Below, one piece after another: positions 12,275 through 25,100 of a stretch of DNA of 64,000 bases (position 1 is the first letter of the stretch; every line of letters starts with the position of its first letter). Below the pieces are notes generated by a model. That model ran no database searches and had not been told where the DNA came from. It saw only the letters and a program-made list of their open reading frames with translations. A program made the position numbers and the translations under genes. The stretch comes from Takakia lepidozioides. Its lineage: Eukaryota; Plantae; Bryophyta. The stretch spans positions 56,110,001 to 56,174,000 of the forward strand of contig CM060732.1 in assembly GCA_030704615.1 (NCBI GenBank), written 5' to 3'.

Positions 12275-15200
12275 ATGGAGGAGGGACCGCGATCAGAAGG
12301 CAAGGAGCACCATGTGAAGGGAGGAGGATTTCACAATCCATGGCCTTCATTCTCATTCGAGTCCACCGTCAAATCCGCGCTATCTTTGTTCTTGTTTGTA
12401 AGTATCCACCTGTCTGGACTGTTATACATAGTTGAGGATCAGTGTGGTTCAGAGCTGCAAGTTTTTGCCCAGTTTTCGACAATTGTTGAAGTGGATTTCC
12501 TTTGGATACATCCATTGGTCTGTCGAGAGCCTCACCACTTATCTCACAAATTTGACGGACGGAGAGCCAAGTTCTTACAAGCTTTCTGCAAGTTTTACCA
12601 TCCCGCATGCACTATGCTAAGCCTAGTTGCTCTGATCACAGAATTAATTTTAATAACTTCAAGGCACTCCTAGGATTTAATGTGGTGTTTGTCATTTTTG
12701 TTACATGGTTATATGAAGACTTTTTGATGTTATTTGCAATTTGTTTACTGTTGACATAATGACCCAGGAAGATTGGCAAGTGCTTTCGCTAGGCTGGGAA
12801 TGAGACTGACCAGAATCTTATTCAATGCTGTGAAGGTCGTTCTTGAGTAGTATGTGTGTGGTTTTTCTGTTTGTTGATTGTGTGAAGGACACCAATTGGA
12901 AACGGGCCGAAGTGACAGCAGAAGTGAAGGCTCAATTGGGAACTCCATTGAAGCCCAATTTGGAGGCTCTGGCCAAGCCCCCAAAAAATGCTCTCCAGGT
13001 ACTCTACCAGAATGTCTGGTTGGATGGCAGGAGTATCATTTCAATGCCAGGCCTTAAATCAAATCTTGACCAACCCTGTAAGCAGATGGCCCTGAGTTTC
13101 ACACCCCAGTGGCCAAACAACCCATGACCTGCTCCAGGAGAGTCAGTACATTGCAAGGACCAAAAAGGTTTACGCGAAGCTAATGTCACAGGAAATGGGC
13201 GATGCATCCATCTCTTGAGTTCTCTTCTTTGTCCTTTCTGTGAATAAGCAATGAGAATATTGTTGACTGTGCTTAGAAGTGTCAAGTAAAGGAACCCAAT
13301 GTTGGGTTGGCTCTGTTTGGTTTGAGTGCGCAGGCAACATGGATAGGACATGCCACATTTTTGCTCCAGTTTGACCAATTAAATGTGCTCACAGATCCAG
13401 GTATGTTCTTAGATTTGGCAGTTCCCTACTGCCTGTGGCCTGCTCCTCTCATCTTTAATATTTTCATTGTCCTGATTCGCTTGTCTCTCTTTTTGTGCTC
13501 GCTACAAGAATCAGTAGTACTTGGCAGCATATCTGCATCAACATGGCAGGCCTTCCATCTTAGAGAAGTTCTTGATACATAGTTCTTTGGGCTGCTTGTT
13601 GAGGGCCTCTCTTTCTTTCTTACCCGTCTATCTCATGGTAGCACAAAGAGATGGTTAAACTTACGTTTATTATCAAAAGATTCATGTGTTGCTTTCTATG
13701 TGGGATGCATGTAGTATGGTCGGATCGTTGCTCTCCCTCTTCCTTTGTGGGTCCCAAGCGGTGAGTACCTTATCACCTACACTCTCCCACAGATTCTTAA
13801 AGTTGACAAATGTATATTAATGCTAGCATGCTGTATTAGACCCAAGATATGGTAGAGCTACAACAAGTAGTAACGGGATCCAGCCTGAAGGTGGTGTATG
13901 CTCATGTACCCTACAAGTAGCTCTGTGACAATGGTTTTTTTCGCATAACCATAGATGCTACACACAAAAGGGTCTTGGGGAAAGTTGCAACGGGTGCTTG
14001 GGTCAAGGTAAAGGATCAAGCTCAGATTAGGTTAGAATTATGAGTAGAGGGCCCATGCAAGTATCTCAATTGTACTTTTAAGTAACATTAAAATGAGCAT
14101 TGAAAGTTGACCAGTGTGGACTCTTTGAAGTGTTTAGGTTCGTGCCAGTGCCTTTTCCTATCAAGGATCTTCCCCCTGTGGATGTTGTCATCATTTCCCA
14201 CAACCACTACGGTAAGTGTCTGATGGTGTTCTTATTTCCTTCCATTGACATCAGAGACTTCTATCTGTATTACTGTTATGCTCAGAGGAATGCCATTTTG
14301 TCTTTTCCCTCTACTGAAAAATAGAGCTATCTGTATATCTGTATCAGAGGAATCCCAGAACTTGAGTCCTTTCTAGTTTTTTTTCTGACAAACATGGAAA
14401 CTTAGCTTTCTTGAGTTTTGTTCTGGCAACTGATTGACAATTACATTTGTTTAGTGCAAGGTCTATGATTGGACTTGTGGTCAAATAATATGCAATGAGG
14501 TTCACTCAAGTGAAGGTGAAAATCTTGTTATGCCAGACCATTTGGATGAGCAAACTGTGAGAGCCCTGGGAAATAGACCTCTTTATCTTGTGCCCCTTGG
14601 TGTGAAACCCTGGTACGCGCTTGCACTTCCTTTCCAACTATACATGCAGGTAGATTTTGTTCATCGAATTACCTTAAAAACAAGTGACAATATCTAAGCT
14701 AAATTGTTGTTATGGAACGTCCATCACAGTCATTTCATTATGAAGATTTGAACTGTGTACACGATGCAATCTGCTTAAGCCTGTCTTTGGATTTCTGTGT
14801 TTGTTCCACACTTTCCCCAGAAGCTCTGTCTATATGGACTTTTATAAGAATTTTGCGTTCTTGGTATGTTCAACTGTGTCTTAGCAGCCCTGGTGGCCCT
14901 CTGTGGATAATATAACTTCTTCCATATTTTTTCTTCTTTCATTCCCCTTGCCCAACTCTGTCATTTCCTCTCGTTGCATCCAAAAATAATGGCATTGCAC
15001 AATTAAAATGTGTGTGGACATGTGTTATTGAAACTTAGCAGTGGAAAGAATGTCATCGATATTGCTGTCCATGTTGGGTCTATGATGCTGTCTCTGGGTG
15101 AGATGCTGATATGACAGTCTCTTCCAGGTTCACAAATCTTGGGATCACGAACGTTGTGAGTACCGTTGTCCCTCTCTCATGTCCATTCTGTCTTTGTTTG

Positions 15201-18200
15201 TTATGCATTCTTGTCCCATCATTTGGACATTATGAAGTTTTCTTTTTGGCCAAATCTTAGGCTAAGTTTAATTACCTGGTGGGTTGAACTCAACGATGAG
15301 TTATGTGAAGGAACATTCCTGATAGAATGAATGTTATAAAGTTCCTTTTCTTGCTTTCTTGCTGTGGGGCTCAAGAGTGCATTTTTTGTTTCTCTTACCT
15401 GTGCATGGTCTCTTTGCTTTGCAAGGACTCTGCCTTCAGTTTGTCTGACAGCCAGCATTGACATAGGACCATCATATGAGTGCATCTGTGTTTTTGCACC
15501 TACACCACTTGCTATTGTTCCTACCTTGTGCCTATTCTCCCTAGACGCAAACAAACAACAATAGCGTTTTTCCCTGCTCTACAAAGCAGAATGGCATGAA
15601 CCTGTCTTTAAGGCAGTCTCTGAGTATTAGTTTCTTTCAACAAATAAATTGGTGCATTATTCGACAGGTAGAGCTGGATTGGTGGCAAGAGAATCGTGCT
15701 ACATTTCCAGATGTTAACTCTTCAAAGTCATTGAGAGCCATCTGCACACCTTGCCAACATTTTTCTGGTCGTGGTGCTTTTGACAGAAACAAGGTACAGA
15801 AGTGTTTCATGTTTCCACGTTCTAAGTTTCACTTCACTGGTTGTGTAGAGATCAACCATTTAATAATTGTACTTGGGCAGGTTGGGTCTGGGTGGATGCA
15901 CTGAGATGTAAAGCCGTTGAGGTGTACGGTGCAGACTTTATGGTGCTCATGGGTGCTAGAGGGGCCTTCTAAAAAGATCTATTTTGGGGGCGACACGGGC
16001 TTTTGCACTGTTCCAAGGTCTAATGATTATCCAGGAGGTGACCCAAAACTGACTAACCATACAGTTAATGACACAAAAGGTAAACATTCACATCTTCTTC
16101 TTCTTACTTGGATTCTTTCTTACCACCTTGAACATAGTTGCTAAGCAATGTGGTCGTTAACTGCTCCCCGTGAACTATAGGGCATAGTCTTTGCAGGGTA
16201 CTAATCTGGAACTGATCTTAGGGCTTCACCCACCAGGCTGTGTAAAAGTCGCTGCAGGGTTTGGAGCACTGTTGACAACAACTGACATTAGAAATTCACC
16301 ACTTGCAACAAAGAATAAATATGTTCCAGTGTGGGCATTTCTGTATCTATCAAGGATGAACCAAAGCTGCCAATGTATCTTCCATCCTAATGAAAAAAGT
16401 ACCAGTAGTGCACTATAACTACCCCAGTTGTGATTACAGGAGCCTTGTGAAATGGGAGGATAAGGAACTGTCTTGTGTGGTTTTTCCCAGTGGATTTCCC
16501 GGTGTGCCCTGCCTTTGCGGAGATTGGCAGGCGATTTGGGCCATTTGATGCTGCCTTTCTGCCCATTGGTGCATATAGCCCACGCTACTTCATGAGCGCT
16601 ATACACTGTTCTCCTGGTAACTTCTACCCCTTGTTTCTCATTTACATTATACCTTCTTTTGTACTACAGCATCAAGTCTATGTCAGTTATTAAATATGCC
16701 GAGATCCTAAAAGCTATATATAATAAGGCTACGCGCTGCTCCACATATTAGTGATGACTTCTGATAACAATGTTCTTTTTTATTGAAAAACAATTCTATG
16801 TGAAAAACACTAGGAACAATGTAAGAAGACTGTACTTTCACCGGTTTAAAAAGTCTCAGCTCCTAAAGTTTTTTTCTGGATCAACCAGTTACTTACCCTC
16901 CACATTACCCTGGCGGCCATTAAAAAATACGCACCTTAAAAAAGAGAGACAGTAACTGTTTGAGGTGAAGTGATACGAAATTTACATGGGCATGGACAAG
17001 AGTTTTATTCTTAAATCTTTCCTTCTTATATAGTTCAATTCTCTTTATATTCTAAACTTTAAGTAAAAAATACAACAGATCTTTAAAGAACTACTCTTCT
17101 TATTTTTTTAATGTTCTTGAAAAATAAATTTAAAATAAAAACGTATTCAATTTTTGTTGTAAAATAAAAACACTAAGAGCTACATTCTAATTTTCTAAAA
17201 TATAGACAAGAGATAAATATATAATAATTCAGACATTGACATTTTATTAGCTCTTAATTTTATCGTAATGTATATATGCACTGTATATATGTCCCTCTAC
17301 AACCTAAGATACCGAGACTCTCTACTGAACTCTTACATACCACATTTTTTGCTGGTGGAGCAGAGGATGCAGTTGCAATTCACATGGCAGTTCGTGCAAA
17401 ACGTTCAGTCGGCATGCACTGGGGTGAGTAGGCACATTGTGACAAATGAAATCAATTCAAGGCACTCCACCTTAGATAGGCGAGTGCCTGTGGCCCACCT
17501 GCTTGACTTCAAATCCTGATAGACTGCTGTGCGTGGTGATACATAAACCAGTGGGCGTGGTCATCAAAATTTAGTACCACCAATGCTGCTAGTGGACGAA
17601 TGGCCCCATTCTTATGAGGAGGCCTAACAGTGTCACGGGTGCAAATGTACCCTGTGGTTCATAGGAGTCCTACTGACATAACACATTGAGGAGGCACAAC
17701 TAGCCACAGTACCACCAGCAAGTCGGTTGTCCGTCATATGTGATTCAATCTGTCAATCTCTAAATAGCTGCAAGAGTGGGAATTGATATGTTTTTCAATG
17801 GAACTGGAATGACAGGATGGGGTTGAGGGTGGCAGGAACATTCAAACTCACAGATGAGGCAATCCTGGAACCCCCAGTCAGGCTTGGAAAGGTAAGTATG
17901 GACTGTAATGTTTGGAAGTCCATCCAGTGATCTCTTTCTTGCAGTGTGATTATGATTCTTTATCACAGCTCTCACCAGTGTATTTTCTATGGGATGTTCT
18001 CATAGAAAGCGTAAAGCCCTTGTTGACCAGAACTTGGAAGCACTGACCAAAGGACTGGAATATTCCATTGGAGAGTGAGTGGGATGCTCAGTTGCTTATA
18101 TCCACCTTTGTTTTTGCTTGTGATAGATCTTAACAAACCAGATTGGACATGGATGTGCAGGAGTTAGCTCGCTTGAAGCTTGACCCTTTGTCATTCATCA

Positions 18201-18232
18201 CTATGAAACATGGTGAAACCAAGTGCTTGTAG
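12275..18232 (+). CDS. NAPEPLD: N-acyl-phosphatidylethanolamine-hydrolysing phospholipase D-like protein (metallo-beta-lactamase fold), ~369 aa
   Basis: 13 exons in consistent phase: 12275-12397, 12888-12998, 13334-13400, 13715-13760, 14138-14211, 14537-14612, 15128-15155, 15668-15793, 15935-16079, 16491-16616, 17364-17423, 17836-17891, 18161-18232. Motifs: FHNPWPS, TWIGHAT..LTDPVWSDRCSP, ISHNHYDHLD (HxHxDH), ELDWW, TPCQHFSGR, LWCSW, YFGGDTG, LPIGAYSPR, MHWGTF.LTDE. Confidence 0.9.
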
Positions 18233-19140
18233 CAGCATCAAGACAAGGAATGCATTACTATTACAATGTCTATATGCTCTCTGCATATACTCAATACCTT
18301 TCCATCAACCAAACCTTGATTTGAAAATTACAATAGTAAAAACAAGTCCCATTTTTTATTGCTCCTATCGGCTATTCTTATTGTTTAAATTGAAAGTAGA
18401 ACACCCAGTTTGTACCAGTATTGTGTGGTTATTATGTTTTTGAAATAACCAATGGTTCCAGGAAGGTTTAAAACTATAATAGTGTGTTCTGTGTTCTTTT
18501 TGATAACCTGAGATATTCTAATTCCTCAAAGAGAAAGAGAGAAGGATCTTCAGCTGGAGTAAGAGTGAAAAGTAAGTGTTGGAGTTACCGGAGAGGAGGC
18601 CGGCAGGTCAACATCAAATCTTCTATCATGAGTAAGGGACTGGGTGCACCTTCTCCTTCCACAACAAATACAAAACTGGTGTTGTGGAAGGAGACTGTTG
18701 CTCAACGAAAGCTCAACCAATTTTGCTGCTCAATATGGAGCTCTTCAAGTCTCAATTCCCAAAAGAGAACTTTTGGGACCTATCTAAAGGGATCTGTTTG
18801 CAATCTTATTAGATTCTGGTAGCGTGTGGATCTGTCGTCTGGATCTGTCGTCCGTGTCTGTATTGTTCAGTGTTCATCTTGCAGCCGCTCTATCCCATCT
18901 CTTCCTCTTATTCAACCCACATTGATTGTCTTCTAAGAGATTCTCACCTATCAATCCTTCACAGTATTTGCTTGTAGGATTTTCTGCACAAATTTTTCAA
19001 TTGGCGACGATCTTTGGTGGAATAAGATTCTGGGTCAATTTTGTGACTTGCTCAAACTGTTACAGGTGAGGACAACGTGGCTCTTAGTTACGCCGCCTTA
19101 TGCCGGAGTCTTCTCTCTCTCTTATAGGTAGGCTCTTGAG

Positions 19141-19350
19141 CAGGTAGCCCAGTGGTTGGGTGTTTGTGCCTTGGTGATCCTAGGTGATCCTGGGTTCAAT
19201 CCTTCAACATGTGCCTTCAGACCATCCATTGGGCCCTCGATGGCCTGTGTGTTGAGCAGTAGGCTCTGTAAATTCACTGGACGTTAAAGAATCTTTATAT
19301 TTATCTTATCTCTTATAGGTAGGCTCTGTAAATTCACGGGACGTTAAAGA
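19141..19350 (+). mobile_element. tRNA-derived SINE-like fragment
   Basis: A-box-like TAGCCCAGTGG and B-box-like GGGTTCAATCC, then a duplicated tail (TAGGCTCTGTAAATTCAC..GACGTTAAAGAA twice). No full cloverleaf. Confidence 0.45.
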
Positions 19351-19685
19351 AACTTCACCTCTTAGGGGTCAGAAAGCCTTACATTGTAAAAGTTCAGACT
19401 GGAATTGAAACTTGACTGCATAAAGAATTTGCTTTGATGAAATATGCCATATCTCATGATCTTCATTGGATGTGGATTGGAAAACACATTCTGAATCTCA
19501 ACTCAAAACTGAACAAATCTTCTGTTTCAAGAATTTTGGAAATCCATAGGGATTTAGGGTGTCTTATTGCAACAACAACAATTCATTGCATCTGAAGGAA
19601 ACCAAGAATGAAATCCATATCATGTTGAGACTGCAAGTAGCATGTACAAGTCATACTTAAATCCACAGTTTTTGTTATTTTCTTC

Positions 19686-19786
19686 CTAGAGGTTGCATTT
19701 GGACATAGGAGACGCACTTTGATACATAGGGGAACTTGGATTTAGATTACACTAGACACTTGGGCCAACGGCACAGGCTACCCTAG
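19686..19786 (+). mobile_element. Helitron-like 3' end fragment
   Basis: Same terminal unit as 1822-5213, ending GGCACAGGCTACCCTAG|T. Confidence 0.7.
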
Positions 19787-21001
19787 TAATAATAATAATA
19801 CCCTTGATTGTTCCGAACCGGGCGTAGCATATCTTTACTCTTGACATTTATCTGGTTTGGCCTTCGTCATTTTTTAGCATTATTTTATTTTATATTGACC
19901 TCTTTTGATTACATGCACACAATGGATGCACCAATATGATTCCAATTTATCAAGCAATGTTGATGTATTCCCGATGAGAATAGGTTTGCAACTGTCCTGG
20001 GTATATGGTCTTTTCTTAACATACGGGCTCACGGGAGCAGACTCATGGCATAGCTTCGCTACGCTTATAGCTTGTAATTGAAACTCCATGGACCAAAGAA
20101 ACCAAAGCTCAAGGATAGGCAAATGTTTGGCCTACCCCTTGAATGGTAGATGGGATACCAACCACGTGTGCTCTAAGAAGTGGTGTTTGAGCAATGTCTT
20201 CTTCATTGGTAGACATCAAGTGACACCAAACTTCCAAAATATTGAGAATTAACCACCCAATTGAGAGACTATGGATGACAAGTTGCACATATTACAATTA
20301 TTACGACGAGTGTAAGAAGAAGGATATACACATCCACCATCAGATCCTACGCAGTAGATATAAACTGACATTGAAATTACATATGAACCATGGACTGTAC
20401 CCAAAAATAAAAGAACGCTTATTCATGTTGGTCCGTGCCCAACATCGTCTTTCTTTCTTTCTCTATCTTGGTCAAACTATAGGGTTATTTTTTGAAGAAA
20501 TTTTTGTGACGTTCACACAGTTTGAACATGACGGTATAACAAAACCAAAGGTGGGATTGGGCCAAGACAAAAATTCGATGTGGCTTTGCGACGTAGGAGG
20601 GCACAGTCTGTTTGTATCATTTTATCATTTTTCCAACACAAAAATAAGTTTCATATGCTTCTCTTAATATTTCATTTGTGCTCTTATATTCAACCTCAAA
20701 TGGCCAAGTCTCGCATGGTTATGTGGTTCTGAGTCATAATGACAAAATGTTTTGTCTTCTTTTTGTGATGTTTCGGATTCATGTTTATTTCGGAATATGT
20801 ACCTACATGTGGATTGTACTACTACTCTCAAGCAGAGTGACCTCTGGCACCAGAGACTTGGACATGTCTCAATGCAAAGTTTGGCATGCATATCAACTAT
20901 AACAATCTGGTTGAAGACATGGATCTTACATGAGATCGATCTTCAGTTTTTGTGACGGATGTGTGTATGGTAAACACCATCGCAATTCATTTCCAAATGA
21001 T

Positions 21002-21800
21002 CACTACAACAGATCGCGGTAATTATGACTGCCAAACCGTGGTAGTCATGGTTTTTTTTACTTTGACCATGACTGCACCATGTTTTTATATGAAATTGAC
21101 CTCCCGCAGTCGTTCATACGACTGTAGTCATATAAACGACTATCTAAGTAGTCGTCTGTATGACTACATGGCACCAGAATGGGCGGAAGGCTGGTCAACG
21201 ACAATTGACCAGATTTAGCTCACTACTGATAGTCATTTCCATGACTACAATGTCCATGGATGAGGTTATATAGTCATGATGACTACTGGGGATTTTGTAA
21301 TTTGGTGTGTATAATACAATTAAAACAGCATATGATCACATGAATGACTAATGGGTGTATTGGTTAGCAGGTAGTGAACTATAACTCTTATAGTAAAGAG
21401 GTTGGAGGTTCAAACTCCTCTAAGTACAATCAAATGGATAAGATGGTCATAAGGTTAGTAGGCGAGTTAGGGATAGCACGTGGCACCTTAGATGGGCTGC
21501 CATGTGGTTTGCTTCATTATTATAAAATGCGGCGTCTGACATTTTTTTGAAATTGTTATTTATTTATTTTTAATCAATTGCGCCTCGCCACGTGGCACGG
21601 CAGCGGCGACTGCAGTATGGTATATATGACTGCAGTGAGAGATATCATTTGGTTTATCTGACTGTAGTCATCCGGACCGTACCATCCTGTACTCATTGTA
21701 TTCACTTGGTTTGCACGACTTATAGTCATAGAAGTCATATGTACCATTTATGACTGCAAAATAGAATATACAATCATAAATACCGCGATTTATTGTAATG
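21002..21800. mobile_element. Non-autonomous CACTA element inserted in the Copia integrase
   Basis: TIR CACTACAACAGATCGCGG versus CCGCGATTTATTGTAATG, 3-bp TSD GAT, and dense subterminal ATGACT/AGTCAT repeats. Confidence 0.88.
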
Positions 21801-22138
21801 GATGGAGGTTCTCGAACAAAGAAGGTTTTTGAGCTACTTCGGTGTGATGGCGGTGGTGAGTACATCTCAATGAATTTTAATCAGTTATGTAAGGAGAATG
21901 GTTTTGTGAAACAATCAATCACACCATATACGCTAAAGCATAATGGAGTTATAGAGAGGAAGAATCGAACGTTTGTTTGAAAGTGTGAGGTGTACGTTGC
22001 AACATATGAGGTTGGACCACGTTTCTGGACATAATTAGTGTCGACTGCAGCATATCTCCGTAATCGACTTCCTAATAACAATATCTGCAAAGACACCAAA
22101 AGGTTTGGAAGGGTGAGAAACCTTCAAGTGATCATTTG

Positions 22139-25100
22139 TGTGAAGGACGAAAACATGACTGAACACAAACAAGATATCGGACTAAAGGTACAAGACTAGA
22201 CAAGAAGTCAAGGTCGGTGTGACCGAATGCATAATGGGTAATCATGAATCAAGATGATCTTTACAAGAGTACAAGATACTGGAACTCGACTTGAAAACTG
22301 GAATGCTGGAAACTGGACTAGAGTACTGGAAGCTGAACTGAAGTATTGGGACTAGGAACAAGAGTAGCTTGAACTTGTATTGGCGAGACTGAAGAGCGTC
22401 CAGTCTCGCCTCCTATATATACTGGCTACTAGAAAATTCCCTAAGAAGCTTCCCCAATGGAGGTTTTTTGATAGAGAAGTTTTCAAAGTTAAACAAATAT
22501 TTCTTGATGGAGAAATTTATTCCAAATGAAGCTTCCTGAGCAGTTTCCCAAGTTACTCTCGATAATTTGGTAAACTCTCGGTAACTTGGTAACTAATGGT
22601 AAATCATGGTAATTTCCAGTAACATGATAACTTGGTAACTTCCGGTATTTACTCATGGTAAGTTTCTCTGGGCTATGTCCATGACAGCACCCCCTCATTT
22701 TGCGCCGAGTTCCTCGAGGAGCGGTAAAATCTTGGACTTGCTTAGAGTTGGAGAAAATTCAAAATCCGACGAATGGTACTTGCCAAGTATTCGGCTCTTC
22801 GTTCTGACTCAAATGATTTATAGGTCCCTGCAACCATCGATAGTGTCCAACACCTTGAACTTGGGAGCACGCAGTGATTTGAGCATTCTGATTTTCGAAG
22901 CTGCTTTCAAACATGATTTTGTTGCCCTCTGGGTCCGAAGCCTCAACCTCCAACAGGATTATCAGACTTCGAGTAGGCTCCATTTGTTGTCGTACGGGGT
23001 GTAGACGAGGAAGTACGCATCGCATTGGTGGCCTATCATCTCAAGAGCGTCGGCGTGATGTTGAAGGTCGTGAGAGTCGGAACGGCTGATCTGGTAGTTG
23101 GCTAAGCGACAATATATCTGGTTCTTGTGACTCCATGCTGCCAATACAAGATGCAAGAGTACTAGAAGTGTAGCTATATATACTGATGTGTGGTGCTCCT
23201 CCTTCCTTAGCGTGTATCAGGTACACTGAATGTGGAGTCTTCACCTTGAAGCTAACTTGGCTGACATCATCGTTGTGACGTCTTATTGACGTGGAGCTTG
23301 GGGCTTAGTTGGATATCGTTGATGAAACTCTTGGACTTTGTCAGATGCATTGGCGAGGTTAGATAAAGGTTCCCACGTTCGTTCGCTGATGCTGTAGCCT
23401 TTCCAATGTATGAAATACTCAAGACGTTTATACTTGATGCGAGAGTCTAGGACTTTGTCGACTTCATAGACTTCATACTCGATTTCTTGATTTGATTCGA
23501 TTGGTGGAGGTGGTATGAAGACTCTCCCTGGAATATTCGATGGATGATACAACTCCAATAATTAAATATGAAAGACTGGATGGATGCGCATACTTCGTGG
23601 GAGTTCAAGCCGAAAACTGACCGGATTTATTTATCGAATAATTTTGAATGGTCCTAGGCGTGGATAATCCAACTTCCTTTATGGTCGCGAAGTTTGTATG
23701 TCACGTCGAAGAAGCCACACACGATCTCTGACCTTGAACTGGGGTTGAAGTTGTCGATGTTGATTTGCATACTCCTTGTATTGTTTTTAAGTTTATGTTA
23801 GGTGGAATGTAAGCTCCTTATGAATCGTAGCAAGATGAGTACCAAGATTTTCTACAGCATGGCTTCCAACAGTCTTCATGTGGAAAGGGTTGGCTCGAGG
23901 ATGATGTCCATAATTGGAGAAAAATGGAGTTTACTTGGTCGAAGAATGTGTAATGTTGTTGCAGGCAAATTCAGCCAAGGGCAGAAGGTCCATCCAATTA
24001 TCTTGGTGATTTATCATGCAACGAAGATACTGTTTAAAATCTGGTTTCCGCGTTCGGTTTGACCATCAGTCTGTGGATGATTAGCTGTAGAGAGGTTGAT
24101 CTTAGTATCCAATATGTGAAATAATCCCCTCCAGAAATTTGATATGAACTGTGGTCTTCGATCAGATACAATGTCCTTCAAGAGTCCATGAACGCGGTAG
24201 ATATTATTGAGGAAGAGTCTTGCAGTTTCCTCGCATGTAACCGTCTTATTACATGGAATAAAATGTGTCATCTTCGTAAAACGTTCCACAATAACAAGGA
24301 TTGAGTCGGTGGTCTTGAAAATTGGAAGATCTGTAATAAAGTCCATAGACACGGACAACCATTGATCCTTGGGAATGGGTAATGGTTGAAGAAGGCCGTA
24401 AGGTCGATATTGTGGTCCCTTCGCCCTAGCGCACATGTCACACGATTTTATAAATTCTTTCACGAGTTTCCACATTTGCGGCCACCAATAGTCCCTGGAT
24501 ATCAATTGTTTTATTGAAGCCGAAATGTACTACAGCCGGAAGATCATGACATATTTGAAGAATTCGAAGTCGTGTAGATCCTGGAAGTACATAGAGAAGT
24601 CCCTTGAAATAAAGTAAGTCATCTTCGAATTCGAAGTCGTTTGTAACATGTGGGTTGTCTCGAGGTCGATTTAGTTGACTTCGTAGTGTCATAGCAAATT
24701 GGTCGCTCTTCAGTGCTTCCTGAATCTCCTTTATGATCTATGCATCGTTATAGGATGACATGGATAGCATACTCAATTGGAGATTTGTTGGTTTCAAGAT
24801 GATGGATTTCTGTTGGTTGAAAGCTGCATTTTTTTTTTTCGGTGCAAGATACGATCGTCAAAAAATAGCATCGGGTTTCCCTTGAAGATGTCCAGGGCGA
24901 TAGGTAATAACAAAATCAAATATTGCTAGTGACATACCTCATCTTGCTTAACGTCGATTCAAAACACGAGCACTCATAAAATATTCGAGGTTTTTGTGAT
25001 CGATGTAGACAGCGACATGATGTTTAGCTCCCTTCAATGATGATGTCACTCCTCAAAAACATCGATGATCGCTAGAAGTTTCTTGTCATACATTTCATAA

